DNA of 64,000 nucleotides from Bacteroidetes bacterium HGW-Bacteroidetes-4. GTDB lineage: Bacteria; Bacteroidota; Bacteroidia; Bacteroidales; SZUA-534. Shown piece by piece: positions 8,590 through 18,356 of the stretch. How positions within the stretch are numbered: the stretch's first letter is position 1; each line of letters opens with the position of its first letter. The stretch is taken from NCBI GenBank assembly GCA_002840905.1, contig PHDD01000001.1:43033-107032 (forward strand), read 5' to 3'. Below the pieces are notes generated by a model, which saw only the letters and a list, made by a program, of their open reading frames with translations, did no database searches and was not told the DNA's origin. The position numbers and the translations under genes are program-made.

Positions 8590-10113
8590 TTAAATGATTC
8601 CTGCTAAATTGTTTATATCCATTCCCTGACCTGGTGAATTATGCAGGTGAGGGTAAAAAGTATTTGCTAAAGCATCAAACTTATCAGTTGAACGCTTTAA
8701 CCGGGCTTTGATATCTTCTTTTGGTTCAATGATTATTTTCCCGTTGCTCTGGAACTTCCATTTTATTTCAGTTGCCTCTTCCAAAAGCTCTTCATCAGGA
8801 GGCAAACAAGCATTAGGATTAATATCAGGGTTTAACCAATCACGAACCGCCCAAAAAAGGTAAGCCCGCATGTTGGCAAAATCGTATACATCACTAACAT
8901 CTTTTAATCCTTCGCCACTTTCTGAGAATTTACAACTAAGAGCATTAACATACCCCAGCTCCTGTAAGCGGGAATATACCCCAGCACCTTCACCTATTGT
9001 ATCAATCAGGGCATAAGCACCGGTGTTATTTTTTAAGTGGTTCACTGTTATTCCGGCAACCTTCATGTGTTCGGCCTTACCGGATCCACTGTAGCTCTCA
9101 AGTCTTGATATGAAGTTTCCTCTCCGGGGGCAAATAACCGAATTGTCGCGCCCCATACCGGCAACATCAACACCAAGCCTAAGCGGGTCTTTTACGGTCC
9201 AGCCTTGTTCCTGCCATTTTTGCCAGTTCTGGTTTGCCCGTTCAATCCATTCCATTGGGATTAGACTATCTTCTGATACTTTAGGAAATAAGCCGCGGAC
9301 CTTTACACGAAATAAATCGTTTGGCCGATACCATTTTTTGTCAAATTCAAAATCACCTTCGGTACTGTTTGATTCGTTTTCGGTAATTGGTGTACACCAG
9401 TGCTCAACCTTATCTTTTACCCACTCATAATCTACCTGGCCGGGGATGATGATTTTCTTTTCCAGTACATTGGGTGAGCTAAGCGAATCAAGCCTAAACT
9501 TTGAAAACCGTTTTTGTTTTTGGCTTCGGGCTGCATAGCCTATGGTTGTATTTGGGTTAAATGCAAGCAATAGCCTTGAGTTACCCTGGAGGTTACCCTC
9601 TATTCCGGCAAATATCTGTTCATCGATACCGGAAGCTTCTGTAATGGCAAACATTGTGTTTACGGCATGAAAGCCGGTCCATGCTTCCAGGTTATCTTTT
9701 GATGCTTTGAAGCCAGTAAGGAACCACTCTTCATATTCTGTTCTTATGTCGTAGGAAACAAGCTTACCCGGTAAGGTTCCAGCCCGTTTAAACAACCTGG
9801 TAATTTCAGGATACATAATATTCCCGACTTGTCGGTCGGTGGGGGCTGTCATGGCTACTTTAGTGTTTTCAATTAATTCACCGGCCATGTTAAACTTTGG
9901 GGTGAGGTATAGGAAGCAAATACAAGCAACAGCTGATACAAAATCTTTTCCCCGGGCGGTACCCGAACAAACTGAGGTTCTTGGATTGTTTTGAACAGAT
10001 TCAATTATTTTCCTTTGCTCCTTGTCAAGATTCACCTTAAGAACATCAACAGCAAATTTATTCCAATCTTCCTGCCACAATTTAAAGCCTGATATATGTT
10101 CGTTGGTTATCAT
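8590..10113 (-). CDS. Terminase large subunit
   Basis: Walker-A-like SGTARGKD, TEASG, nuclease LGVDVAGMGRD and STDKFDALA. Confidence 0.9.
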   Translation of the reverse strand: MITNEHISGFKLWQEDWNKFAVDVLKVNLDKEQRKIIESVQNNPRTSVCSGTARGKDFVSAVACICFLYLTPKFNMAGELIENTKVAMTAPTDRQVGNIMYPEITRLFKRAGTLPGKLVSYDIRTEYEEWFLTGFKASKDNLEAWTGFHAVNTMFAITEASGIDEQIFAGIEGNLQGNSRLLLAFNPNTTIGYAARSQKQKRFSKFRLDSLSSPNVLEKKIIIPGQVDYEWVKDKVEHWCTPITENESNSTEGDFEFDKKWYRPNDLFRVKVRGLFPKVSEDSLIPMEWIERANQNWQKWQEQGWTVKDPLRLGVDVAGMGRDNSVICPRRGNFISRLESYSGSGKAEHMKVAGITVNHLKNNTGAYALIDTIGEGAGVYSRLQELGYVNALSCKFSESGEGLKDVSDVYDFANMRAYLFWAVRDWLNPDINPNACLPPDEELLEEATEIKWKFQSNGKIIIEPKEDIKARLKRSTDKFDALANTFYPHLHNSPGQGMDINNLAGII

Positions 10114-10649
10114 TTAGATGTGGCTTGTTTCATAAGTTCAAGGAACAAGGCAGCTGGACTATCAGCCTTTTGTTTATTATCACGCTCAAATATTCCAAGG
10201 TGTTTACCAAGGTTTTCAAGAGCTGCAGTTTTAGATGCTGTTTTATATGTTGTTTTAACTAAAAACCCTGCATCATCTGGATTAGGTTTAAAATGCTCTG
10301 TTCTTATTTCAGTGAGAGCAGCGGCTACATCATCAGGAAGTTCATTAACAGGAATAATATTACCTGTTTCATCGAATAGGTTTTTAGGATTGTGAAAAGC
10401 AATCTTTGCAAACTCTTTGATGACTTTTTCAGCAGTAATTTTTGTTTTCTCTTCAAGTTCTGCTTGAAGTTTCTTGATGTAGTTTTTTACCTTAACATTT
10501 CTTAACAAGCGTGAGGCTTGACTTTCAGCTGTTTTTTCGCTATAACCTGCACGTATAGCAGCCTGTTTTCCGCTTAAATCAATAACGTATTGTTGACAGA
10601 ATCTTTTAATCTTAGGAGATAATCCTTGCTTATTCGTTGACATTTGCAA
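10110..10649 (-). CDS. Terminase small subunit
   Basis: RFCQQYVIDLSGKQAAIRAGYSEKTAESQASRLL signature. Confidence 0.92.
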   Translation of the reverse strand: MQMSTNKQGLSPKIKRFCQQYVIDLSGKQAAIRAGYSEKTAESQASRLLRNVKVKNYIKKLQAELEEKTKITAEKVIKEFAKIAFHNPKNLFDETGNIIPVNELPDDVAAALTEIRTEHFKPNPDDAGFLVKTTYKTASKTAALENLGKHLGIFERDNKQKADSPAALFLELMKQATSK

Positions 10650-11040
10650 ACTCTTTACTAATCATATCAGCAAAGTAGTTTACATCGGCTTTAAAAAACT
10701 TGTAGATTGAGAGTAATATAGTGACCTTCTTTGAAAGGTTACTAATTAAAGTAGGGGAACAGTTGAAAAGAGTTGAAATTTCTCTACGTAAACCTGTTCT
10801 TATTTTTTTATATCCTGCTAAATGGTCAGGGTCATATAGTATAAGAGCAACGGCAACAAAGTATTCCTTTTTTTCGGTAGCTGTTTTATTTGATAACCTG
10901 GGATGGGTGAGTATTGTTTCTTTTATTTGGGGGAGTAGTTTAAGGTCGTAAATCTTTGGATATTCAATAAGCTCTTTTGCTATGGTTGGGTATTTATTAA
11001 CCAGTTTACGGCCCAATATTTCGAAGTTTATTTGAGGCAT
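10630..11040 (-). CDS. Hypothetical protein, possible HTH regulator heading the late operon
   Basis: LRREISTLFNCSPTLISN HTH-like segment. Confidence 0.5.
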   Translation of the reverse strand: MPQINFEILGRKLVNKYPTIAKELIEYPKIYDLKLLPQIKETILTHPRLSNKTATEKKEYFVAVALILYDPDHLAGYKKIRTGLRREISTLFNCSPTLISNLSKKVTILLSIYKFFKADVNYFADMISKEFANVNE

Positions 11041-11056
11041 GTCGCTTTAGTTTTGA

Positions 11057-11064
11057 CAAACCTA
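11057..11064 (-). promoter_or_regulatory. Putative Bacteroidota -7 element (TAGGTTTG) for the late/packaging operon
   Basis: Matches TAnnTTTG 16 nt upstream of ATG 11040; no TTTG -33 box visible. Confidence 0.4.
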
Positions 11065-11134
11065 CAAAAAGAGGGTTTTAGGAAACTACTGTATTTGTGA
11101 TTTTATTAACTTAATTATTCACATTCATTTTAAA

Positions 11135-11521
11135 TTATTCTGAACACTCGTGGCATGTAAATATTCCTGATGAAAAGTCTACTTCTTTTTCACAAGACAT
11201 GCATGCTTTCTTTTCATAATCGATTATTGCTTTATTAACATCATCAGTTTTACACTCATTTACCAACCAATATCCAAAGTCAACATCAATTGCCATGTTT
11301 TCTGTAAACTCATCAATCTTGTGAAATTCCAAATAACGTTCTCTCACATCGGACCAACTCATTTTTTTTTGATTGCTAAGAACATCCATTGCCTTTTTAA
11401 CATGCTGCAGTTCTAATTTGCATTTCTCAACAACATCAAAGTCTCCCTGCTTTGTCCAAATCCTTATTTCTGATTCCAGTGTTTTAACAGCTGAATCAAG
11501 AATTAATAATGCTTTTTCCAT
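11135..11521 (-). CDS. Hypothetical protein with C-terminal CxxC...CxxC zinc ribbon
   Basis: CMSC...CHEC. Confidence 0.6.
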   Translation of the reverse strand: MEKALLILDSAVKTLESEIRIWTKQGDFDVVEKCKLELQHVKKAMDVLSNQKKMSWSDVRERYLEFHKIDEFTENMAIDVDFGYWLVNECKTDDVNKAIIDYEKKACMSCEKEVDFSSGIFTCHECSE

Positions 11522-11711
11522 TTTGTAAATTATTTACTGTGTAGAGGTAATTATGAATAAATAATCATGTAAGTACCACAGGCAACAACTACATGATGAA
11601 TTACCCCACCATTCCTAATTATTGTTTTAATCTTTGAGTGAACTTCACATTCGTTCACTTCACAATATCTTTGTTTCATTATTTTATGTTTAATTTTTGT
11701 TTATATATTAG

Positions 11712-12623
11712 TTATGCTAAAAGTCCACGCTTATAATAAGAAGCCAATTCATTTTTGAACATGGTTATAGTATCTTCGGTTGTGTGAGATACATAGTATT
11801 TTTTAACCCAGTAATTCAAATAAGCACTAATTATATGTTCTGAATTGTCATCACAAAAACGATAATAACGATAAGAGCAATAAAAGTTTATTCGATGTTT
11901 TAAGTAAGATAAATCCCTTTCTTTTTCGGGCTTATAGTTTACTATTTCAGAAAACTGTTTTCTGAATTGTTTTTCACCTTCATCAGTAACATGGTAAAAT
12001 GGTAAATCTTGCCACTTTCTTTTTTCGGCATAACCAATACTTACCAATTCTTCAAACACCTCATCATATTCTTTCTGAAACCTATTTCGATAAAACTCTT
12101 TAGGTAGTGTTTTATCTTTTAGTTTGTGAGACATTGCAGCTTTGAATAAATCTATTCCGAAAGCATGAGCAATTTGAAACATTTGTTTTAAAGTTAATTT
12201 CTTCATATAATCATATTTAATTGTTTCAAAATAAAATATGCCGGAAAATGGTTTGTTTGGTGTAATATCGAAAAGTCTTGCAATTTCCAACATATACGCT
12301 TTTGTTTTAATCGATTTTTGCACCTTTGGATTCATAGGTAATTTTGTAATTCTTAAATGAAAGTTTTTCATAAATTCACGGAATTGCTCCAAATCCATTG
12401 AATGCTTATAATGATTCACTATCCTTTGTGCAGGAAGCATGTTTTTCAAATTGTGATTTTCCTCAAACAATGCTGAATTATTTAACCACCAATTACGCCT
12501 TAACGCTTTAACATGGTCAACCTGCCAGTCTGGTAGTAAATTTGTGCCTGTATATGCACATTTTCCAGCGAACATATTTTTAACTAAGTCTCTATCTTTC
12601 TTTGATATATACATAAGAATCAA
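11712..12623 (-). CDS. HNH endonuclease-like domain fused to uncharacterised C-terminal domain
   Basis: CAYTG...WQVDHVKA...NMLPA...NHYKH. Confidence 0.7.
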   Translation of the reverse strand: MILMYISKKDRDLVKNMFAGKCAYTGTNLLPDWQVDHVKALRRNWWLNNSALFEENHNLKNMLPAQRIVNHYKHSMDLEQFREFMKNFHLRITKLPMNPKVQKSIKTKAYMLEIARLFDITPNKPFSGIFYFETIKYDYMKKLTLKQMFQIAHAFGIDLFKAAMSHKLKDKTLPKEFYRNRFQKEYDEVFEELVSIGYAEKRKWQDLPFYHVTDEGEKQFRKQFSEIVNYKPEKERDLSYLKHRINFYCSYRYYRFCDDNSEHIISAYLNYWVKKYYVSHTTEDTITMFKNELASYYKRGLLA

Positions 12624-12632
12624 TTTTTAACG

Positions 12633-13250
12633 TTATGATATTTCCAATTCTTTCAGATGATCACTGGTCATTGTGCTAATTACCTTTCCACGCTCCCTGC
12701 GATATTGAATAAAAGCCTGAACTACTGTAATGCCGTCAAAGCTTCCGTAAAACTTACCGTAAATTCCCCGTTCCAATCGGTTAAGAACCGTCACAACCTC
12801 AGCCAAATTGAACATTGGAACCTCACGAATAATGTTTTTCGATGTTTTCTCAGCCTGCTGTCCAGTGATATCAATTCCCAGGTATTTACAAAAATTAATA
12901 AGCCATGCTGATAACATCAGAACCGGTGTATCTTTATTAAAAGCCAGGCCAATTTCGTTTAAACGGGGTGACCGGGTTTCAATCAATTTCAGCATCAGTA
13001 TATCAGCCGGGTTCGATAACCTGATATCCATTTTCGGAGCGGGCAAATCAGTATCAATGTACATTTCACAACAGGCATCATAATTGTTCTGTTTGATGAA
13101 TTCCTTTGAGCCGTTGAAGCTTATTACAATCGATTCAACTCTGCGTTTCTTCGATTCGGGCAAATATGCTAGCGGCTGCATCATCTGTTGCCTGGCCTTT
13201 GGTAGAATTTTTCTTAGCTGTTCCATACTTTGTTTTTTTCCATTGTTCAA
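12633..13250 (-). CDS. Hypothetical replication-module protein (loader-like position)
   Basis: Overlaps the initiator gene end; real start may be MEQLRK at 13226. Confidence 0.6.
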   Translation of the reverse strand: MNNGKKQSMEQLRKILPKARQQMMQPLAYLPESKKRRVESIVISFNGSKEFIKQNNYDACCEMYIDTDLPAPKMDIRLSNPADILMLKLIETRSPRLNEIGLAFNKDTPVLMLSAWLINFCKYLGIDITGQQAEKTSKNIIREVPMFNLAEVVTVLNRLERGIYGKFYGSFDGITVVQAFIQYRRERGKVISTMTSDHLKELEIS

Positions 13251-13953
13251 ACTTTTGTTCAGTATCGGAGAATGTTACACCCTGCCAGTTTCCTTGTATT
13301 GCCAGTTTCATTTGGAGTATAGCAAACTCTTCATCGTATTTACCCAGGCTATCAAGAGCCATTTGGAGCGATAATGGAAGTTTCTTTTTCCATTTTGGCA
13401 TACCAATAAGCTTATCCCACGTTTCGGCAAATTCAATAGAATCAAAAGGAAAATTTAAAGTTTCAGGTTGTTTCTTTTTGGTGGTGGGTTTTTTCCCTCC
13501 CTTTTCTTTAAGTTCTTCTCCTTCTTTATATTCTTTAGTTTGTATCTGCCTGTGTTCCGTCAGTGTTCCGTCAGCGTTCTCATTGGTGTTCTCATTAGTG
13601 TTCATTGTGTTGCTAGTTAATTGGTTATAACTATCATAATTGCAAAGCATTATAATTGTTTCTGAGTGTTCCATTCTGCGTTCCACCATGCGTTCACGTT
13701 CCAGCATCAAAATAAAACGGTTCACCTTACCTAATGACCACTTCCATCTTTTGGCTAAATATCTTTGTGATGCTCTCAACTCCCCGCGGTTAATTGTGAT
13801 AATATTCATTTTCACAACAACCTTTTCAGGTGCTACCTCAAATCGTGCGCTTGCAATTAAATCAAGCCACGCTTCGGCCAGACTAAGGGTTCTTTCATCA
13901 TTCCAAAATGAGTGTTCAAAAAATTTCCGGTTTAGTTTGATATATCCGCTCAT
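13135..13953 (-). CDS. Phage replication initiator (lambda O-like position)
   Basis: MSGYIKLNRKFFEH N-terminus, HTH SQRYLAKRWKWSLGKVNRF, internal iteron-like repeats. Confidence 0.8.
   Translation of the reverse strand: MSGYIKLNRKFFEHSFWNDERTLSLAEAWLDLIASARFEVAPEKVVVKMNIITINRGELRASQRYLAKRWKWSLGKVNRFILMLERERMVERRMEHSETIIMLCNYDSYNQLTSNTMNTNENTNENADGTLTEHRQIQTKEYKEGEELKEKGGKKPTTKKKQPETLNFPFDSIEFAETWDKLIGMPKWKKKLPLSLQMALDSLGKYDEEFAILQMKLAIQGNWQGVTFSDTEQKFEQWKKTKYGTAKKNSTKGQATDDAAASIFARIEETQS
13552..13611. repeat. Iteron-like direct repeats (putative phage ori)
   Basis: GTGTTCCGTCA x2, G(C/T)GTTCTCATT x2, GTGTTCATT inside the initiator linker. Confidence 0.6.
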
Positions 13954-14018
13954 GTCTCAAATTTATTTACTTCAATAGTTTAAATGAAGGTTTTAATTGA
14001 ATTTGTGGTTGCTTACCT

Positions 14019-14096
14019 GGTTGCATTTTAGGCAACTAAAAACCTCCAAACATTAACTAGAACTTAACTTTATAGGGTTGCAAAACTGGCAACTAA
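14019..14096. promoter_or_regulatory. Two palindromic sites GGTTGC-A-N5-G-GCAACTAA (14019-14039, 14076-14096)
   Basis: Direct repeat of a GTTGC-N7-GCAAC inverted repeat in the intergenic region upstream of the initiator. Confidence 0.6.
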
Positions 14097-14151
14097 TAAA
14101 GTGGGAGACGGCACAAACTCCCTAATTTTAACCCTGTTTTACATAGCCGTT

Positions 14152-14661
14152 TTAATATCTCAAATCAGTCCAATGAATTATTTTCCCTTGGAAATCTTTA
14201 TTAAACCATTGAAAAAAATCTATGTCAGATTTAAACCCATCGTTAATAGCAATTTCTGAAATCATTTTAAGCCCTGATTTTTCCCAAACATTATATCTTG
14301 CTCCATCTATTTTTACAAATGGGTAATCTGAATTAGGGTTTGAATAAATAATCTCAATTTTCTGGACACTTTTACACTCCAATACCGGGGCAAATTGGAA
14401 CTGATTTTTACTGCGATTAAACACAACCATGTGTATTTTATTACCTGGTTTCCATCGGTTGTGTATATCGGCCCGTATGGTATGCTTTTTGGGTTTAAAT
14501 GATTCACCCCAACCATCCCAAAGAACATTAAACTTGTTTACAAATAATTCTTCATAATTGAACTTATAAGGTGTTTTAAGCTCTGGAATTGATGCCCAAA
14601 TCTTTTCAATAAAATAAGTGGGTTTTCCATCAGGGAACTTTGTGCTAAATGGGAGTATCAT
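14152..14661 (-). CDS. ASCH/PUA-like domain protein
   Basis: KPKKHTIRAD..RWKPGNKIH and AINDGF motifs. Confidence 0.6.
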   Translation of the reverse strand: MILPFSTKFPDGKPTYFIEKIWASIPELKTPYKFNYEELFVNKFNVLWDGWGESFKPKKHTIRADIHNRWKPGNKIHMVVFNRSKNQFQFAPVLECKSVQKIEIIYSNPNSDYPFVKIDGARYNVWEKSGLKMISEIAINDGFKSDIDFFQWFNKDFQGKIIHWTDLRY

Positions 14662-15740
14662 TTGTCACCTCCTTTCGGAAACTCTTTATAATGCTTATCA
14701 TCCAACATAGAACCGGTGTTGTGTTTGCCAACCTTTTGCATAATAGCAACCGGGTATTTTGCTTCTTTTAAATCTCCACCCGTTTTACATATTTTACCGT
14801 CTAAACTAAGACACACATCGCCTTTGTGAACCCAATCTTTTTGTGTCCAGCGAAGGAATGAATCAAACATTTTAAAAACAGGCTTTTTGGTTGTAAAATC
14901 AAACCAACGAGTACCCCATTCTCCCCATTGTTTGAAAAAGAATGGAGCATTAGCATCTTTACATTGCTTTTGTAAATCACGAACCCAATTCGGATGCATT
15001 GGCCTTGCATTGTGTCCAGATTCACCACCGCAGATCACCCAATCAATTATAGTTTGTAAATCACCTTCATCATCTGGCCCACAATACAAAGCGTTATAAC
15101 CGGGGTCGCTTTCAGAAGTAGAATCCATATGAGTTAAGTCAACAGGACCAAGCATGGGTTCAACTGAAACAAACCTTACAGCGGCTGGTATCTGTAATAA
15201 AATGGGAACCCTTTTAATCGCCTGCTCCTGGTTTTCGGCTGTTACACCAAGCCAAACATTTGGCAATGGCAAACCTAATTTAAAACGGATTGCTTCCTCT
15301 AAGTACTTATCACCAAATGACCAATCACTAGCAAAATCTCTTTCATCTGAAAAATACTCAAGCATTCGCCCGGGTCTTTTAGTTAATATCTGAAAGGTAT
15401 GTTCAGGGCTCCTGGCAATAACCTCCATAATTTTATCAATCCACTCAAACGGAACGGATTCATGAAACAAATCACCCATTGAGCAAACAAAGTACATGGT
15501 TGGCTTTTTACGCTTTAAGGGTTTGTTTAATTGGTGCTCAATGAATGATGTTCTACCATTCCAACCTGAAGGATCAACATGAGCACGCTCACACACCACA
15601 CTCCGGTAATAATCGGTAGTGTTTATTGTAGCCAGTCTTTTTGCCATGGTTTCAGCATAGCAGTTTTCGCAACCGGGTGAAACTTTTGAACACCCAATAA
15701 TCGGGTTCCATGTTTCGTTTGTCCATTCAATTTTACTCAT
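14658..15740 (-). CDS. Phage Gp37/Gp68 family (DUF5131) radical-SAM-like protein
   Basis: MSKIEWTNETWNPIIGCSKVSPGCENCYA, SMGDLFH, FQILTKRP, WVICGGESG, FFFKQWG. Confidence 0.9.
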   Translation of the reverse strand: MSKIEWTNETWNPIIGCSKVSPGCENCYAETMAKRLATINTTDYYRSVVCERAHVDPSGWNGRTSFIEHQLNKPLKRKKPTMYFVCSMGDLFHESVPFEWIDKIMEVIARSPEHTFQILTKRPGRMLEYFSDERDFASDWSFGDKYLEEAIRFKLGLPLPNVWLGVTAENQEQAIKRVPILLQIPAAVRFVSVEPMLGPVDLTHMDSTSESDPGYNALYCGPDDEGDLQTIIDWVICGGESGHNARPMHPNWVRDLQKQCKDANAPFFFKQWGEWGTRWFDFTTKKPVFKMFDSFLRWTQKDWVHKGDVCLSLDGKICKTGGDLKEAKYPVAIMQKVGKHNTGSMLDDKHYKEFPKGGDK

Positions 15741-15821
15741 GGTTTTCCTCCTTTTTATTAGGTTCTTTTAATACCCAAATAGCATAGGCTATTAGTAATA
15801 TTCCAAATAATGCTTTCATGG

Positions 15822-16346
15822 CTAATCGTAAAAAGTTCCGCCAATTATATCGGGATTTGTCATTCCTTGTACAATTTCGCGAAGGGTGGTTTTTTCAAGC
15901 TCGTCATTTTCACAATCGGGATTAACGATATTCAATTCATCCCATCTGGTTTGTGGAACTTCAACCAAATCATAATCATCCAGTTCAAACAAACTGGCAT
16001 CAGTTGTGGAGCAGTAAGTTTGTAGCGCTTCAATTATTGTGTGTGCTGCAATCCATTCTTTTTCACCATCAGGATGTTGTAACTCAAAAACCCGCAATCC
16101 ACTGTATGGTTTTTCAAATGGTATTTGAGTACTTAAAGCAATTGGCTGCATAGGTTGATGAAAAGCCAGTTGCAAATGCCAAAGTTTGCCAGTTAAGGCA
16201 ATTTCTTTTAACTCTTCATCACTAAGTTGGAAACAGGTAGTAATTCTGCCTTCCGGTTCTGAACTTACCAATGCTGGTAATGTTTCATATTCGGGCTGGT
16301 TCTCAGCTATCCGAACGTTTACTTGCGGAAATTCAATAGCTTTCAT
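15822..16346 (-). CDS. Hypothetical phage protein
   Basis: 174 aa, IAENQPEYETLPA N-terminal motif. Confidence 0.65.
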   Translation of the reverse strand: MKAIEFPQVNVRIAENQPEYETLPALVSSEPEGRITTCFQLSDEELKEIALTGKLWHLQLAFHQPMQPIALSTQIPFEKPYSGLRVFELQHPDGEKEWIAAHTIIEALQTYCSTTDASLFELDDYDLVEVPQTRWDELNIVNPDCENDELEKTTLREIVQGMTNPDIIGGTFYD

Positions 16347-16350
16347 AGTG

Positions 16351-16530
16351 TTATTCTTTTAGTCTGTTAATTGCTTTTTCAAGGATTTCAATACGTGGTT
16401 CCAGGTTGCTCATGTGCATTTGATGCTGCTCAAGGGTGTAGTTTCCTGAATCAAAACTCTCTTTTGATTTTTGTAAGGCCCTTTTATCCAGAGCCAATTC
16501 CCTACTTAAAATATGTATCGCTATGTTCAT
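16351..16530 (-). CDS. Small hypothetical protein (59 aa, not in ORF track)
   Basis: MNIAIHILSRELALDK...AINRLKE fills the gap in the operon. Confidence 0.5.
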   Translation of the reverse strand: MNIAIHILSRELALDKRALQKSKESFDSGNYTLEQHQMHMSNLEPRIEILEKAINRLKE

Positions 16531-16559
16531 AAAATAAATGGTTGTGTGCGTTGTACTGG

Positions 16560-18356
16560 TTATATTGCTTTATGTAATTTTTGAATGAGCGCATTGGCAT
16601 TTGCTTTGGCAATGGCTTTGGCAATTACCGGTACCACAGCGTTTCCAATAAATTTTTTTTGGTCGGCCTTGGTACCTTTAAGTATGTAATTGGCCGGGAA
16701 CCCTTGAATCTTTAGTAATTCAGGAACCTTTAGCATCCGCATCTTAATATCAATAATGCCATACAAGGCCATGAATTCTTTTATCTTTTTCATGATATCT
16801 GAATCCATTTCATTAATTACTATGACCATTTGCCCTGAATCTACATTTACCAGGTAGGGTGGCATTTTATCCATTCGTGCAATAAGAGTAAAGCAGGGCC
16901 TGTCTAAACTTCTACCTTTATCGTTATATTGTGGGTTCATCAGATAATGGTGTTTCCTGGAGGCGGTTATCACACGGCCAGGTTCATCAAGTGAGCTTCC
17001 TACGTTTCTGAAATTGGTATCCATTAACCATTTGGCCTGAACAATATTAAGTTTTGGAACAGCGGTTAAAGTTCCGGCTGGAAGTGAAACTGATGCGGGT
17101 TTTCCGGTTCCATACTGTTGGTCAATAAACACAGCCGAAAACCTATCCTTGGTGGTTATTGTTGGGCATGGTTCATCAACGCTCTGGGCTCCTGAACTAT
17201 TGCCATAATAGCTGGTAAGCATGCGAACATTAACCAATGAATGGTGGTCAATTGTGGTGATGGTACCAGCCGGTTTATCGATGCTTGCAACTTTGCTTTT
17301 GGGGCAACCTGAATAGTTTTTATTAAGAAAAGAAGCTTTTACTACTGCATGGCTATTCTGAGTAGTTAATGTTCCTATGGGCTCGTTTTCAGATTTAACC
17401 CTATGCTTATCATTACCTGAATTGTAAGCCATAGTAAAGCGTTCAACTGAGGTAATGGCCAACCTGCCTTGAGTAGATACAACCGGGCACGGTTCATTAA
17501 TATCCGGAGCCTGGTATTTTCCATTGCGGTTCATTGAATTGTATTTTAATAGAAATTCTTGTTCACCACCAGCAACAAACTTAATTAGCCCGGCATAGAT
17601 TCTTTTAAGCGTGGCATCTACCAAAGGCTTTTTACGGTTGAATATGCTTTCCCCTTCATCTTGTAGGTCCAGTACTTCTTTAACTGCTTTCCATGGTTTC
17701 AAGTGGTTATTAAATAAACCACCATTTATTATTTTTTTAGCATGGGTAGGTTCAGGCCAGGTTATTGGCATATTGTTTTTGGCAAATTGTCCGAAATACC
17801 TTTCTCTAGAAGTGTATGCCCCAAAGTCAGCACTGTTAAGTAGTTTCCAATCGTAATAATAACCGTATGAACACATTTGCTTAATCCACCGGATATAGTC
17901 GCGTCCATTTAATTTGCTTACTGGTTTTCCGTTTTTATCCAATGGCCCCCAGCTCATAAATTCTCGAACATTTTCAATAAAGAAATTGTCAGGGCTTAAT
18001 TTTTCAGCATAGTTATACAATGCATAGGCTAAAGTTCGACTGTCGGCATCGCGTGGCAATCCACCCTTTGCCTTACTGTAGTTTGTACATTCCAGGCTGG
18101 CCCAAATATTTATAATACATCCGGGATAGTCTTTTCTTAATTTACGAACCAGGTTATAAAGGGCATCAACCACCTTTAAATCCCTAACATCTTCGACAAA
18201 GTGCAAACAATCCGGATGATTTGCCTTGTGGCTTTCAATAGCCTTAGCATCGTGGTTAACACAGGCAACTACTTTTATATTATCGTTGTTGGTAAGGTGT
18301 ATACCGGTAGTGGTTCCACCAGCTCCCGAAAAAAGGTCTATGTAAAATATTTTCAT
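16560..18356 (-). CDS. DNA (cytosine-5) methyltransferase with repeated TRD-like units
   Basis: DLFSGAGG, SLEC, ENVREF, RER, IGNAV motifs. Confidence 0.9.
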   Translation of the reverse strand: MKIFYIDLFSGAGGTTTGIHLTNNDNIKVVACVNHDAKAIESHKANHPDCLHFVEDVRDLKVVDALYNLVRKLRKDYPGCIINIWASLECTNYSKAKGGLPRDADSRTLAYALYNYAEKLSPDNFFIENVREFMSWGPLDKNGKPVSKLNGRDYIRWIKQMCSYGYYYDWKLLNSADFGAYTSRERYFGQFAKNNMPITWPEPTHAKKIINGGLFNNHLKPWKAVKEVLDLQDEGESIFNRKKPLVDATLKRIYAGLIKFVAGGEQEFLLKYNSMNRNGKYQAPDINEPCPVVSTQGRLAITSVERFTMAYNSGNDKHRVKSENEPIGTLTTQNSHAVVKASFLNKNYSGCPKSKVASIDKPAGTITTIDHHSLVNVRMLTSYYGNSSGAQSVDEPCPTITTKDRFSAVFIDQQYGTGKPASVSLPAGTLTAVPKLNIVQAKWLMDTNFRNVGSSLDEPGRVITASRKHHYLMNPQYNDKGRSLDRPCFTLIARMDKMPPYLVNVDSGQMVIVINEMDSDIMKKIKEFMALYGIIDIKMRMLKVPELLKIQGFPANYILKGTKADQKKFIGNAVVPVIAKAIAKANANALIQKLHKAI

